NCBI RefSeq assembly: GCF_000372725.1
Contig: NW_005201191.1
Location: 250,426 to 292,509, forward strand
Source: Emiliania huxleyi CCMP1516
Taxonomy: Eukaryota
Direction: 5' to 3'
Length of the DNA stretch: 42,084 nt
The position numbers were made by a program, and so were the translations under genes. Below, piece after piece: positions 19,772-30,577 of the stretch. Numbering within the stretch: position 1 is the first letter of the stretch; every line of letters starts with the position of its first letter. A model generated the notes under the pieces. The model made no database searches. It saw only the letters and a program-made list of their open reading frames with translations, and was not told the DNA's origin.

Positions 19772-21322
19772 CTATGCTGCAGGCCCAGCAAAGAGGTGGA
19801 AGATGAAGGCTTGCTCAATCTCATCAGCCTGTTTGCACCAATCGCCAAGGTTATATCGCCGCGGGAGCTCATGAACAGGGATTGATTTGTTGGCAAAGAA
19901 CGCCGCAAGAAATCCTTGGTCGCCCAAATCGTACGACCATAGCTCGCCCGCGAGCTCGATCATCTGAGCATGCACCAACGCGTCAGGCCTCACGACCATC
20001 ACCCCAGAGTTGAACGGCAGCAACGACGGTCGTTGTATGTGCTTCATACCATGCAAAAATTCGCCCGCAGAGGCCCACTTGGGGTCCATTGCGGCAGCGG
20101 GGGTCGGGATAGCCAACAAATGATCAACGTTGCGTCGGACAACGGTGTCCCCGTCGAGCACTACCACCTTGTCGAATTGCGTGAGACCCCAAACACTCAG
20201 TTTGCTGAACGTGAGCGCCTTTTTCTTCAACCCTCCATTTGGCAGCGTGAGCCCCTTTGGCAACGGCCCGAGAGGTAGCACTGTCACATTCTTGGTGATG
20301 AACAACGTGGCCTCAGCATCTGTGAGACCATCTGCTAACAGCACAGTCGGAAAGCGTGATTTCACGAGCTGCAGACTGACAACTGCACGAAGTGCTCCAC
20401 GGATCTTGCCAATCCGTGTATGCCTTCCAGTGGCCGGGGCTCCATGCGGGTTTGTCGTGTGATTTGCCATCAATCGCAGCACAAGCACGAAGGCAAACTT
20501 GCCCTTGCGGGGCACAGCTGGAAGTGCCGGTGCGACGGCGGACAGGGCGTCCTTCGGGCACAGTTGAGACCGGCGACACTCGGTGTAGCAGGGCAGACAC
20601 GCACAACCATCGCGTGGCACCATGTATCCGCACAGATAGTTCACAGCTGCGTTTGTCCGGCCCACAAGACCCTTGATCTTGCTGTAGCAACCGTGGCGTG
20701 ACAGCTCGAGTGAGCAAGAGGGGACTGTGTCGTTCATGGGTGCTGGCCGTTGCTGAATTGCTGCCAAAAAGTCTGGTGGACAGCTCTGACGCCGCCAGCA
20801 GGGCGCCACCGTATCCCTCTTCCAGCCAGACATGCAGAAGCGGTCAATGAACTGCGCGTACCTGGAGCCGTGCAGAGGGCCACCCGGTGGGAGCCACCAT
20901 TGTGTCCGAGCTGCTGCCAGTGCGCGCTGCTGTAACTCCGCACGATTGTTGAGAGGCTGGTGCCTGAGAGGCGCACGTGGCCTGCCTGATACTGTTGCGC
21001 GCACAAGCTTGCGCTGGCCGTCTGCTGCGCGAGACTGGAGATGAAGAGCCTTTCTGCGCGTGCCCTGGCGCGTCGATTTCCACGCCGCGCTGAGTATACA
21101 CGGTGGCAGCAACGTGGTGTTGCAAGACACGCCTGACCAGCCGCAGCATTGCTCCGCGCCTCCGGCTCGCAGCTCGCACCCTCGGCCACCGCACTGCCCG
21201 CAGCTGGGTGAACAGCAAGCCGGAACACCGTGCATTCCAAACCCAAATATGCTCGTGCCAGGGCATTGGCGCGACAAGCGGTCGGGGGGTTGACTGAAAG
21301 GGCACTGCGTCACCAGCAGCAT
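19772..21322 (-). CDS. glycosyltransferase family 8 (glycogenin-like) protein with Cys-rich N-terminal region; true C-terminus uncertain
   Basis: FSKLSVWGLTQFDKVVVLDGDTVVRRNVDHL (DxD motif), FNSGVMVVRPD, GDQGFLAAFF, LPRRYN; 516-aa uninterrupted ORF. Confidence 0.85.
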   Translation of the reverse strand: MLLVTQCPFSQPPDRLSRQCPGTSIFGFGMHGVPACCSPSCGQCGGRGCELRAGGAEQCCGWSGVSCNTTLLPPCILSAAWKSTRQGTRRKALHLQSRAADGQRKLVRATVSGRPRAPLRHQPLNNRAELQQRALAAARTQWWLPPGGPLHGSRYAQFIDRFCMSGWKRDTVAPCWRRQSCPPDFLAAIQQRPAPMNDTVPSCSLELSRHGCYSKIKGLVGRTNAAVNYLCGYMVPRDGCACLPCYTECRRSQLCPKDALSAVAPALPAVPRKGKFAFVLVLRLMANHTTNPHGAPATGRHTRIGKIRGALRAVVSLQLVKSRFPTVLLADGLTDAEATLFITKNVTVLPLGPLPKGLTLPNGGLKKKALTFSKLSVWGLTQFDKVVVLDGDTVVRRNVDHLLAIPTPAAAMDPKWASAGEFLHGMKHIQRPSLLPFNSGVMVVRPDALVHAQMIELAGELWSYDLGDQGFLAAFFANKSIPVHELPRRYNLGDWCKQADEIEQAFIFHLFAGPAA

Positions 21323-21413
21323 TGCCGAACTTCATGTTTTTCCATTGGCTGGTTGGCTCGACAGACCTTCTTGGGCAGACTATACGAGTAGTCGAGCGCG
21401 TCGGAGAGGTGTT

Positions 21414-21819
21414 TTTTTTGTTACACGAAAAAGAGGGCTACACACGGCCCTCTACGCTGGGGCGCCGGCGCCCTACTGGGCGCCCCCCGCTCCCTTCCCC
21501 TTAGAGCCCCCCATCCCACTAGCATTCCCCCGAGGTCCCTCGCGGTCGCGCGACGCCGCACCACAATGGCGCGCTGTGCCTCGTCCGCGAGCGCCGTCCA
21601 GAGCTGCACCGACAGTCGCTGCAGCGCAAACGGCATCCACTCGCGCGCCGACCACGACGTCTGGTCGTACTGCCACCACGTGAGCTTCCGGCCCGCCACC
21701 TTAGCCACCCGCATCAGCAGCTCCTCCACCCCCGCGCTCATTGCGCCGAACTCCTCGAAGAGCAGCGCCTCCACGCGGCACTTCCCCTCTGCGTCGGTGT
21801 ACTGGCCCTTTACATGTAC
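21414..21819 (-). mobile_element. 5'-truncated RLE/CRE-type non-LTR retrotransposon, family B, with poly(A) tail and 7-bp TSD
   Basis: KGQYTDA...LLFEEFGAMS...YDQTSWSAREWMPFALQRLSVQLW; 3' end GTAACAAAAAAA; AGGTGTT duplicated at 21407-21413 and 21820-21826. Confidence 0.8.
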
Positions 21820-21879
21820 AGGTGTTCCGGTGGGGGGGACCCACCTCCCCGCGCGGGGCCGCTCCGGGGCGACCCGGGC

Positions 21880-24110
21880 GCCCTCCGACCAAACTGCTCT
21901 ATTACTATCATATAACAGTACCTCGTCAACGACATTGCACCTGGACTAACAACGTCGGGGGGGCAGGCGATGATGGCATACGCCTGCTGTGTGAAGAGGC
22001 GAGTGGCATCGGCGGGCCCCCGTTGTCCGAACACAACTCGGCCTTCGATATTCGGGCAGTGCGGGAGCGGATCGAGGGAGATCGGGTGAACGAGGAAGCG
22101 ACGCGACTGATAGACAGCCTGCGACCTAGCGGAGCGCGAGGGGGAGGAGAGGCGAGGCCAGCGGCGAGCCCGGGCCCTGCCCCCCTACCTCCTTGGGGGG
22201 AAGCAAGGGCTAGATCCCCCCCCCGGAGCGCGGTGAACGATCGGTGCGTGGAGCCGCGGCTGGAGAGGCCGCAGGGTCGTGGGGCCGCCCCCGAGGCTCC
22301 ACACCAGGCGTCGCGGCCGCCAGTACCGCCACCGTACCCGCCCCCCCCACCTCCGCCTCCGCCCCCGCCGTTGGGACGACCGCAGGGTCAAGGGGCCGCC
22401 CCTGAGGCTCCACACCAGGCGTTACGGCCGCCAGTGCCGCCACCGTACCCGCCCCCCACCGAGGGTGGTGCGGGGCCGGCCGTGGGAAGGCCGCCGGCCT
22501 TCGGGCCCGCCCGGAAGCCGGGACCTGAGGGCCCCGGTCGAGACCTGGTATCTACTTCCGGGGGGGGGAAAAATCGAGTTGACTGTGCCCCGGTGGTGGG
22601 ATCCGNNNNNNNNNNNNNNNNNNNNNNNNNNNNNNNNNNNNNNNNNNNNNNNNNNNNNNNNNNNNNNNNNNNNNNNNNNNNNNNNNNNNNNNNNNNNNNN
22701 NNNNNCCTCACGGAATCGGTCCCTCGTTGTACAGCAATCGATCCTTCACACTGCCCGCGCGCTGCCAAACTTGGGGTCGAGAATCGGTCCCCAGGTTACC
22801 TGTGGCGCGAAGCTGCGATATGTCTCCCGCCCTCGGCGCGCCGACCGCGCAGCGGCGGCAGACCACCCTCCGGTTCGAGGGGCGCCTGGGGCTGAGCGGG
22901 CTGCCTCCGCCAGAGTTTGGCTCGCCCACCGGCGGGCTGTCACCCTGCCACGGGTCGCAAGCCCTCTGCCGGCCGGAGCGCAGGCTTCGCAGGCTTCCAG
23001 CAATTGGTCCCTTGGCAAGTGCGAATCGGTCCCCCTGGCTCCAGGAACTGATCCGGCACTACACCCGGATCTATTGCTGTTTACCTCATCTTAAAATAGA
23101 GACCCGACGGTACGGCCGCCAGTGCCGCCACCGTACCCGCCCCCCCCACCGCCGCCTCCGCCCCCGCCGCCGGCGTGGCCGTCACCGTACGGACCCGCAC
23201 GGATTCTGGGGGATCCGGAGCCGGCCCGCCGGAGGCTGGAGAACCCGAGGGAGGGGACCGAGGGGGGGGGGGGGGGTGCCGTGGGAAGACAGCGGGTCAG
23301 CCGGCGAACCGGAAGGCCGGGACCGGAGGGCCCCGGGTGAGACCTGGAGTCAACTGTCGGAGGGGGTGAGAGCCGAGCTGACTCGGCCCCTGCGAGTGGG
23401 GTCGGGACATACGAGCTCTCCAGGGGTAGACCCGTCGCGGCGGCAGCTGGACCACCGGGATCTGCGACAAGGAGGGCCACGCCTCCCCGAGCTCGATGAG
23501 GGGCCAGCGGAGGGGAGGGGCGAGCCGAGAACGATAGAGAGGCCGCGGATGCGGGTGCGACTCGTCGACTAGGGAGAGCCGGCCCGACCTCCCTGGGCGG
23601 GGAGGCGACGCGACCCTATGCCACCGCCCTCGCCCGGGGAAGCCTCGGCCGGGCCGTCGACACTCTCGGAACCGGTGGAGCCGGGAGCTGGCGAAGACGA
23701 AAGGCGGCAGCGGAGAAAGCGACACCAACAACGAGGGAAACGAGGGGGGGACCACACCGGCCGTCGTATGACGCTCGGCAAGCGAACAAGAGAGCGAATC
23801 GGGGAGAACCGGAGCCCCGGGAGGATGGAAGGTGGAGCTCCGGGACCGCGGACTAAGCAAGTGTCTGTCGGTTTGGGCGTGGTGTGAAGTGTAATGCTGG
23901 TGTAATGTGTCCACTAGCTCCGAGTAGAGGGGGGGCGTCCTGCAGTTAAGGGGAAACCCGGTACGCGGGTCCTCAACCCTCGGAGAACCGTGTTTACCTT
24001 ATGGCCCGCCCTTCCCCTGCGCGAACCCCCCCCCCCCCCCCAGGGGTCAGGGCTCTCTAGCCCGTCGCCCGATGCCGATCATCCCCGGCCCGCCCCCGCG
24101 CCAAATCTTC
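21880..24110 (+). mobile_element. degenerate repetitive element with Pro-rich internal tandem repeats; 3' part homologous to 32310-32892
   Basis: Internal repeats CGGCCGCCAGT[AG]CCGCCACCGTACCCGCCCCCC at ~22313, ~22425 and ~23113. 23473-24100 aligns by eye with the reverse complement of 32892-32310 (GPRLPE...TIERPR...DPMPPPSPGE plus a shared UTR-like tail). Confidence 0.6.
22606..22705. other. assembly gap
   Basis: run of N. Confidence 0.99.
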
Positions 24111-24317
24111 CCTACACACGCCAACGGAACCGACAAAGAAACGCCGCAGCACGCTAAAGCTGCCCGAATGCGCACACGGCAGCATGGACCGTACGAGTAG
24201 TGGATCCGACAGAGGACAAGGGACATGCACGCGCTTCTACGTTCGCATATCAGCTGTGCTTGGGCCCGCCAGCAAGTTGGACTCTCGGGAGCGCGGGGGT
24301 CTCAGCCCCAGGCCAGC

Positions 24318-24933
24318 CTACTGACCCAGCTGCTCGCGCCCGCACGCCCTCCGGTGCGAGAGCATGCTGAGCTGCACGGCCCGGTGCGTCGCGTTGGTGC
24401 TGTGAGACTCGTAGCGCACCCTCTTCTTCTTCGCGACCGGCTCCCCGACCACCCGCGCGTACGCCACCGCCGCCTCCACCGCCGTGTCGAAGATGCCCAC
24501 GCTGCGCACTTTCTTTCCGCCCTTGTGCCGCACTCGAAAGCGGCTGCCCAACTTGTCCACGCCCTTGTAGCCGGTGCTGCTGTGGCTCGAGAGGTGCAGG
24601 CGCAGCCCCTCCGCCTCCGCCACGACGCCCGCCCGCAGGAGCGCCGCTGCCGCCTCGTCGGAGTCCGTCTGCGCGGCGGCGGAGTCCGCGCTGCCATCGC
24701 CGCCGTGGAACGGCAAGCCCATGCCAGAGAGCACGACCGCCACCTCCTCGGAGGGGCCCGCCCCGCCAGCCTCTGGCGCCAATGCGTGTGGCGGCTCGAA
24801 CGCGTCGGCGTCAGCGGCGGCGTCGGCGTCAGCGGTGGCGTCGGCGTCAGCGGCGGCGTCGGCGTCAGCGGCGGCGGCGGCGTCAGTGGCGGCGTCAGTG
24901 GCGGCGTCAGCGGCGGCGTCAGCGGCGGCGGCA

Positions 24934-24975
<42 letters not shown>

Positions 24976-26192
24976 GCGTCGTCGGCGGCGACCGCCTTCG
25001 CGTACGCCACCGCCGCCTCGACCGCCGTGTCAAAGGAGCCGAGGCAGACCGACCTCGCGGTGCCTCTGGGGCCCACCTTGCGATGCGCCAGGAAGAGAAA
25101 CCTCTCTGGCTCGCCGTGGGCAATGGACAAGCTGCGCCGGCTCACGCCCTTGTAGCCGGTCTTGGTTTGGTTGGAGAGGTGCAGGCGCAACCCCTCCGCC
25201 TCCGTCACCACCTCTTCTCCAGCGCATGCCACGGGGCAGCCCTCGCCGCCGGGGGCGGCGGGGGCGGCGGAGGCGGCGGCGGAGGCGGCGGAGGTGGACA
25301 ATTTCCCCCCCTCCCGGACCCTTGCCCAACCGGAAGTTTCGGAGGTGGCAGAGGTGGCGACGGCGGTGGCGGGGCCCGACAGCTGCTTGCCGCGTGCCGT
25401 CGTCGTCGTCGTCGCCTTTGCGTCGGCGTACGCGCGCGCGGCCTCCGCGGCGGTCGCAAAAGTCCCGAGACTCTTCCGCCTCCCGTCGACCGAGATTATC
25501 GCGCAGAAGCGATTGGAGCCCTGCATCTTCTGGACGCCCACGCCGTGCTGCTCCGACTTGCGCCGGTGGCGCTGCCGCAGCGACCCCGCGCCGCAGGCCG
25601 CCGCCGCCTCCGCCGCCTCCGCCGCGGCCTGACACGCCTCGACTCCAATCGCCCTCGCGTAAGCGAGCGCGGCTTCGGGAGCCGACAAATGGCTGCCGAG
25701 GTGCGTCCGCTTGCCGTCGATGAACGCCTCCGCCGTAAACTTCTTGTGGGAGGGGGTGACCCCGCGGTACCCAGACGCGCTATCGGAGCGAAGCAGCACG
25801 AGGCCCTCGGCGCGCGCGACTTCGTCGGCCTCATCGGCTGTCAACGGCTGCGTGTTCCGCTGGCGTGCCGCTTCGGCCGCCTCGGCCGCCGCGCGTGCAC
25901 TGCCCTCCGGGCCCATGATGGTGGCTACCGCGATGGCCGCTTCGGCGACGCTGTCGAACGTGCCGCCGTAAATCGCCGTCCCCTGCCAATGGAAGTGCGC
26001 CTTGAACTTGCCTTGGCATTCTTGGACGCCGCGGAAGCCGGTTGCGTTGGGTCCCGGCACGAGCGTGAGACCCTCGGCGGCGGCGCGCGCATGCGCCTCG
26101 TCGGCCGTGAGCGGCTGCTCCATGATGGCCGCGGCCGAGCCGAGCGCAGAGAGCATATGTAAGCGGGGTGGGATGTCAGCGGGTGGTACCAC
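24318..26192 (-). CDS. multi-AP2-domain DNA-binding protein (5 AP2-like repeats), intronless; start codon uncertain
   Basis: five repeats of the type G[FY][RK]GV...F.A......LG.F.TA.EAA.AYA, two preceded by AEGLRLHLS; Ala-rich linkers. Confidence 0.85.
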
Positions 26193-26268
26193 TCCAGGAG
26201 AGGGCGGCCACTCTGCTGAAAACGAGAAAACTCGAAGAAGAAATCGCGCTCCAGGCTCGCGCCGTGTG

Positions 26269-27267
26269 TGTACTTGTTACGTGAAAACCCGCTGGGACCC
26301 GGACGCCAGCACACACGGCTAGATTTCATGGCGGGCCGCCTAGGCCCTGGGGTCGGAGGCAGAGTCGGTGGGGGTGCCGCGCGCGGCGCGGGCTTCGCTG
26401 TCGGGGGCGTTTAGGGCGGGGTCGGGGAAGGAGGGTGGGGTCGGTCGCATTGGCGGCCGCGCGGCAGTGGCTGCAGGGGGGGCGGGAGGAGGTGGTGGCG
26501 CCGACCGCAATGGCGGCCGAGGACCCGACGTCGAGCGCCGGGCGAGATCGCGAGGGTCGAGGGTGAGCTCGAAGCCGAGGGCGGCGGCCGAGTTCTGGAT
26601 GGTGAGGGCGTCGGCGGTGACGATGGCGGCGGAGATGGCGGCGGAGTGGAAGGTGTAGTGTGAGCGGGTGGACGCGCGAGAGGTGCCATACGGCGTGTGG
26701 TCAATGGACCCACTAGCGCGTGCGGTCCTCGCAAGCTGGCGGAGGACGCGATCGAGGTCGGCGGAGAATGCTCCGGTCGACTCGGTCACGAGGAGGATGA
26801 CCGTGTGGCCCTTGGCGAGGGCGTCGGCATAATCGCCGTCCTTCGCTGCCACCCATCCGTCGCCGCTGACGCGGTCCAACTGCTCCTCCGTGTCCGGGTC
26901 ACCCCGTTGGGGGTGGCCGAGAACGACGACGGAGAGGTGCTCCTCAGTGTTGCCAAGCGCGATGAAGTGCCCGTCGGCACGGGAGGCGGCGCCTCCGCAG
27001 CGAGCAGAGCCGTTGCCCTTTGCGCCGGAGGGGAGGAACGGAGTGTAGCACTTGAACTCCCAGCATGTGGTCGTGGAGCCAAAGCGGATCATGTCTGGGA
27101 TGTGTCCCTTGTTGACGTGGGCGTAGTAGCCCCTCCGCTCAGCCTTGGAGGCGGGGGTCCCGTCGCCCTTGTCGGCCAGCTGGATCGAGCCAACTGGCAG
27201 GGCGTCGCTCGAAACGCTGGTGAGCGCACGGTGGACGGCTGCAAGTGCGGCGTTGTGGCGGTGGGTG
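26269..27267 (-). mobile_element. 5'-truncated RLE/CRE-type non-LTR retrotransposon, family C, with 10-bp TSD
   Basis: Intact frame with RHN...HIPD...WEFK (PD-(D/E)xK endonuclease pattern)...GDYADAL...LLVTESTGAF. GCGCCGTGTG is duplicated at 26259-26268 and 27268-27277. 3' end GTAACAAGTACA. Confidence 0.85.
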
Positions 27268-27320
27268 GCGCCGTGTGGTTGCCTAGTTTTGCCTGTTGTT
27301 GCCGCTCTCGCACTCTGTGC

Positions 27321-27936
27321 ATGCAGCAGTGCATTCACGACCACTTCTTCAACCACCGCGCCGAGCTTCTGCTACCCTGCGCGACCGCCGCCGCCGCCAC
27401 CGCCGCCGAGGGCGAGCCGCTCCTTTCCAGCGAGGCCTTCTGGCGTGTGAGCGGCCCGCTCACCGCGCTGCTGTCGCCCGACTTCCTGCTACCACACCTG
27501 CGAGGCGGGAGCCTGCTTGCGCTCGCGGCGACCGCGCTCGACGGAGGCGGCAGTCTCGCGCTCACGCCTCGCGGCGATCTCCTCATCGTGTGCAGTGCAC
27601 GCCTGTACGAGTCGCTCGGTCTGGCGGGCCTGGGCTCGGCGCACGGCGTTCGGGGCGAGCGGTACTGCGTGCGCCTGCGGTGCCTCGACCCCGCCTTTGC
27701 GCCGGGCGGCAAGGCGTGCGCGAAGCTGGTGCGCGCTGCAGCCGCAGCGCCGTCAGGCTCCGAGAGGGCCGGAGCCAGTGTGTTTCCTGCTCTAGGCGCG
27801 CGTCGCAGAGCGGCTCGGCCACGCGACGCTGCTGCTGACGTGGCACTTGGAGGGCGAAGCTGCCGCGCCGGCCTTCCCGCCCGAGCTCCGCGCCACCCGA
27901 TGCGACCTCGCCGCAGCGTCCCGACGGCTGGAGGGC

Positions 27937-27990
<54 letters not shown>

Positions 27991-28932
27991 AGGGTGGCGC
28001 ACGTCGTCCTTCCCTCTCCGACAGCCGCGCGGCCCCTCGCCCGCAGGCGTGCCGCTGCCGGACGTGTGCGCAGCACTCGGGGTCGCGTGGCCAGGCGGTG
28101 ATGGCGGTGGCGACGGCGGTGGCGGTGATGGCGGTGGCCGTGGCGACAGCGGTGGCGACGGCGGCGGCGGTGGCGATGGCGGCGGCGGCGGCGGCGGCGG
28201 CAGCGGCGGTGGCGGTGGCGACGGCAGCGGCGATGGCGCGGCGGACTTTATCGGCATCGTCGCCGCGCCGCCGCCGGCCGTCGCCGCGCGACCCGGCGGA
28301 GCTGCCGCCCTCCGCCAACTAGGTGCGTGGGCCTGCCATCTACTTAGGGCCCACCCGTTATTGATTATCAGAGAGAAGAGAGCCGCGAGTGGGTCGGCCA
28401 CGACGCTAATCAATGTTAGCTGAGGTTAGCTAAGTGTCAAATTATTGCTAGGCGAGTGGGTCGGCCTGGTGGCGCTCGACGCCCGAGAGGCTCTCGTGGC
28501 GGCGCCGCACCCGCCGCCAGTAGGTGAGGGCGGCGGAGGGAGGCAGGCACCGCAGACTTGGTGCGCCGCGCACACCTGTGGTGGGGAATAGGCGGGTGTG
28601 GCTTCCTGCACCTCGACGCGCTGCCATTCTGCGGAGGAGGAGGAGGAGGCGACGGCAGCGGCGGCACGCTGCTGGCTCGCTCCTTTGAGGGCCTGCTCGG
28701 CGAGGCTGCAGTGTGGCGGCTGGTGGCGGCGGCGACGGCGGCGATCGAGTCGGGGGAGGTGCCGTGGGCGGTCCTCACCGTGTGGGGCTTCGCCGACGCG
28801 CCCGTCAGCTGGGGCTTGTCGGAGCACGCTTGCGGCTCTGAGAATGACTTCACGTTGCTGCTGCTGCCCGGCTCGCAGCCGCGGGTGATGTACTCCGTCT
28901 CGCGCGATGCTGCCTTCCGGCCGCCGAGCTAA
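27321..28932 (+). CDS. RPP40: RNase P/MRP subunit p40; exons 27321-27728, 27796-27934, 28047-28322, 28452-28523, 28592-28932
   Basis: HFFNHRAELLLP, LLSPDFL..HLRGGSLLALA, LYESLGLAG, LGEWVGLVAL, VPWAVLTVWGFADAPVSWG.EH...ENDFT are characteristic of Rpp40; four introns restore the frame. Confidence 0.85.
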
Positions 28933-29029
28933 GCGCCTGGCGGCTCCACACTTTCCCTTCAGGGTAAAAACTGTCGCGGGCTCTTTCGGAACGAAGGAAA
29001 AAAAGTTTGGGCGCCAGCTCAGCACTCTG

Positions 29030-29760
29030 GGGGTCCATTAACACACCAGATCGACACACGACAGCGAGAGGCACTGCCAGAGGGGCGGGGAGGAAAGGGG
29101 GAGAGAGGAAGCCAACGCGACGTGCGCAGAGGATGAGGATATAAACTGGGACGACGCAGCGGAGGGGATAGGCGAGGGAATCGAGGGGCCGGAGGGCTTT
29201 CGCGACAGCGACGATGACGACGAAGGCAGGGGAGGAGACGGAGGGGCGACACGCAGGAGGAGCGAAATCGCGAACGGCCCGAGCAGAGAGGGCGACGGCG
29301 GGGCACGAGGGGGCAACGGAAACGCTACCAATGACGCGAACCGAGGCACGGGCGACGGCGGGGACGGGGAGGGCGACAGCGACGTCGAGGTTGACGCAAC
29401 GGTATCGAGAGCGCCACCCAAAAGGAGGAGGACAGCCATGGTGCATGGAGGTCACCGAATGGAGGGCGAACGGTACGATACGAAAAGGCAGGGCGAGGCG
29501 GATGGAGAAAGAAGTGCCGAGGAGGCCATGGTGGAGGGGAGGGACGGGAGGACGAAAGAAGGGCGAGGAGGACGAGCGGCCCGCACAGCGGACCGCGACC
29601 AGACAGCGCCTGTTGGCCATTTCGAGACATTCGCAAAGAACGCTAGCTACATGGGAGGGCTTCGTGAAGGATGGATTGAAACACATTCGAACAAAGAAGA
29701 GGCGACGAGAGGAACCGGCAGAGGATGCAGTGACGTGACCCCCCCCCACACACACACACC
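29030..29760 (+). mobile_element. second copy of the acidic-tract element (cf. 5680-6230), extending to a stop and a (CA)n tail
   Basis: near-identical CAEDEDINWDDAAEGIGEGIEGPEGFRDSDDDDEG...VDATVSRAPPKG coding tract; ends at TGA 29738, followed by CCCCCCCACACACACAC. Confidence 0.7.
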
Positions 29761-29845
29761 GCTCACCCACGCGCACGCACTGGGTGGGCCTTGCACTTTG
29801 AATGCCGTGGGGCTCCTGTCGTCAGACGTGGAGACGCGAACTACT

Positions 29846-29927
29846 CGCTTAGGCGGCTCCGGTGGTGTGCCGGTGTGTGTGCCAGTCCGCGCCAGTCCGC
29901 GCCCTTGTCGTGCCAGTGTGCTGTGAG
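29846..29927 (+). mobile_element. 3' UTR remnant of retroelement family A
   Basis: TCGCTTAGGCGGCTCCGGTGGTG...CCCTTGTCGTGCCAGTGTGCTGTGAG matches the reverse complement of ~15487-15569. Confidence 0.75.
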
Positions 29928-29931
29928 GGCG

Positions 29932-29991
29932 GAGCACTTGGAGCACTTGGAGTGCAGTCAGTAACCTCACATCCAGGGCCGGGGAGCTAAG
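29932..29991 (-). repeat. short dispersed element with (CCAAGTGCT)n terminus, copy 1
   Basis: GAGCACTTGGAGCACTTGGAGTGCAGTCA...CACATCCAGGGCCGGGGAGCTAAG also at 32252-32308. Confidence 0.75.
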
Positions 29992-30098
29992 GCGAGAATT
30001 TTTCTTGTTTTCCCCAGCTCGTAGACGGACTTGAGCACCACCGTACGTACTCGAGTACTTGAAGTCATCCATTTTTCTTCTTTCGTCTACGCGCCACG

Positions 30099-30577
30099 GG
30101 ATTCGGTACTTCAGCTTGGTATAGTATCATCGTATTGCAGATCATACCCCAGGGCTATACCCTGATATACCCTCTTGAGAGGACCCGCATTGGGCCCCTA
30201 GAGGATAGGCTGATACCCTGGTGGGTTACCCTTCACACCGGACACGACCCCCCTCTTCACACCTCTTCGCGCGCTGCGCGCGCGCCAAGACAGACAAACG
30301 CGCTCGAATGAGCGTCGCGCAGGAGGGAGGCGAGCGCACCACTAAGCAATGCGCTGGGAGGAGGGCGCTAATGGCGGCCGTCGTCGCGTTTGACGGGCCC
30401 GCGGCCGCAGCCGGTGCGGCTGCAGCCGCGCGAGGTGTGAATTGTCGCTTCGCTGCGCGGCCGCCGATGACACCTTGATACCCAGCCGAGATAAGTCCCC
30501 ACAGAGGCCTAGAGCATACCTTGATACCCCCTCGAGAACAATACGATGATACTATACCAAGCTGAAGTACCGAATCC
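30099..30577. mobile_element. MITE-like non-autonomous element with perfect 39-bp terminal inverted repeats
   Basis: GGATTCGGTACTTCAGCTTGGTATAGTATCATCGTATTG (30099-30137) is the exact reverse complement of 30539-30577; subterminal ATACC motifs; no clear TSD. Confidence 0.8.

Noticed and set aside
24225..26162. 645-aa plus-strand ORF
   Set aside because: Antisense shadow of the multi-AP2 gene.
26697..27320. N-terminal extension of RPP40 in the 541-aa ORF
   Set aside because: Reads through the antisense strand of the TSD-bounded retroelement; RPP40 similarity starts near 27321.
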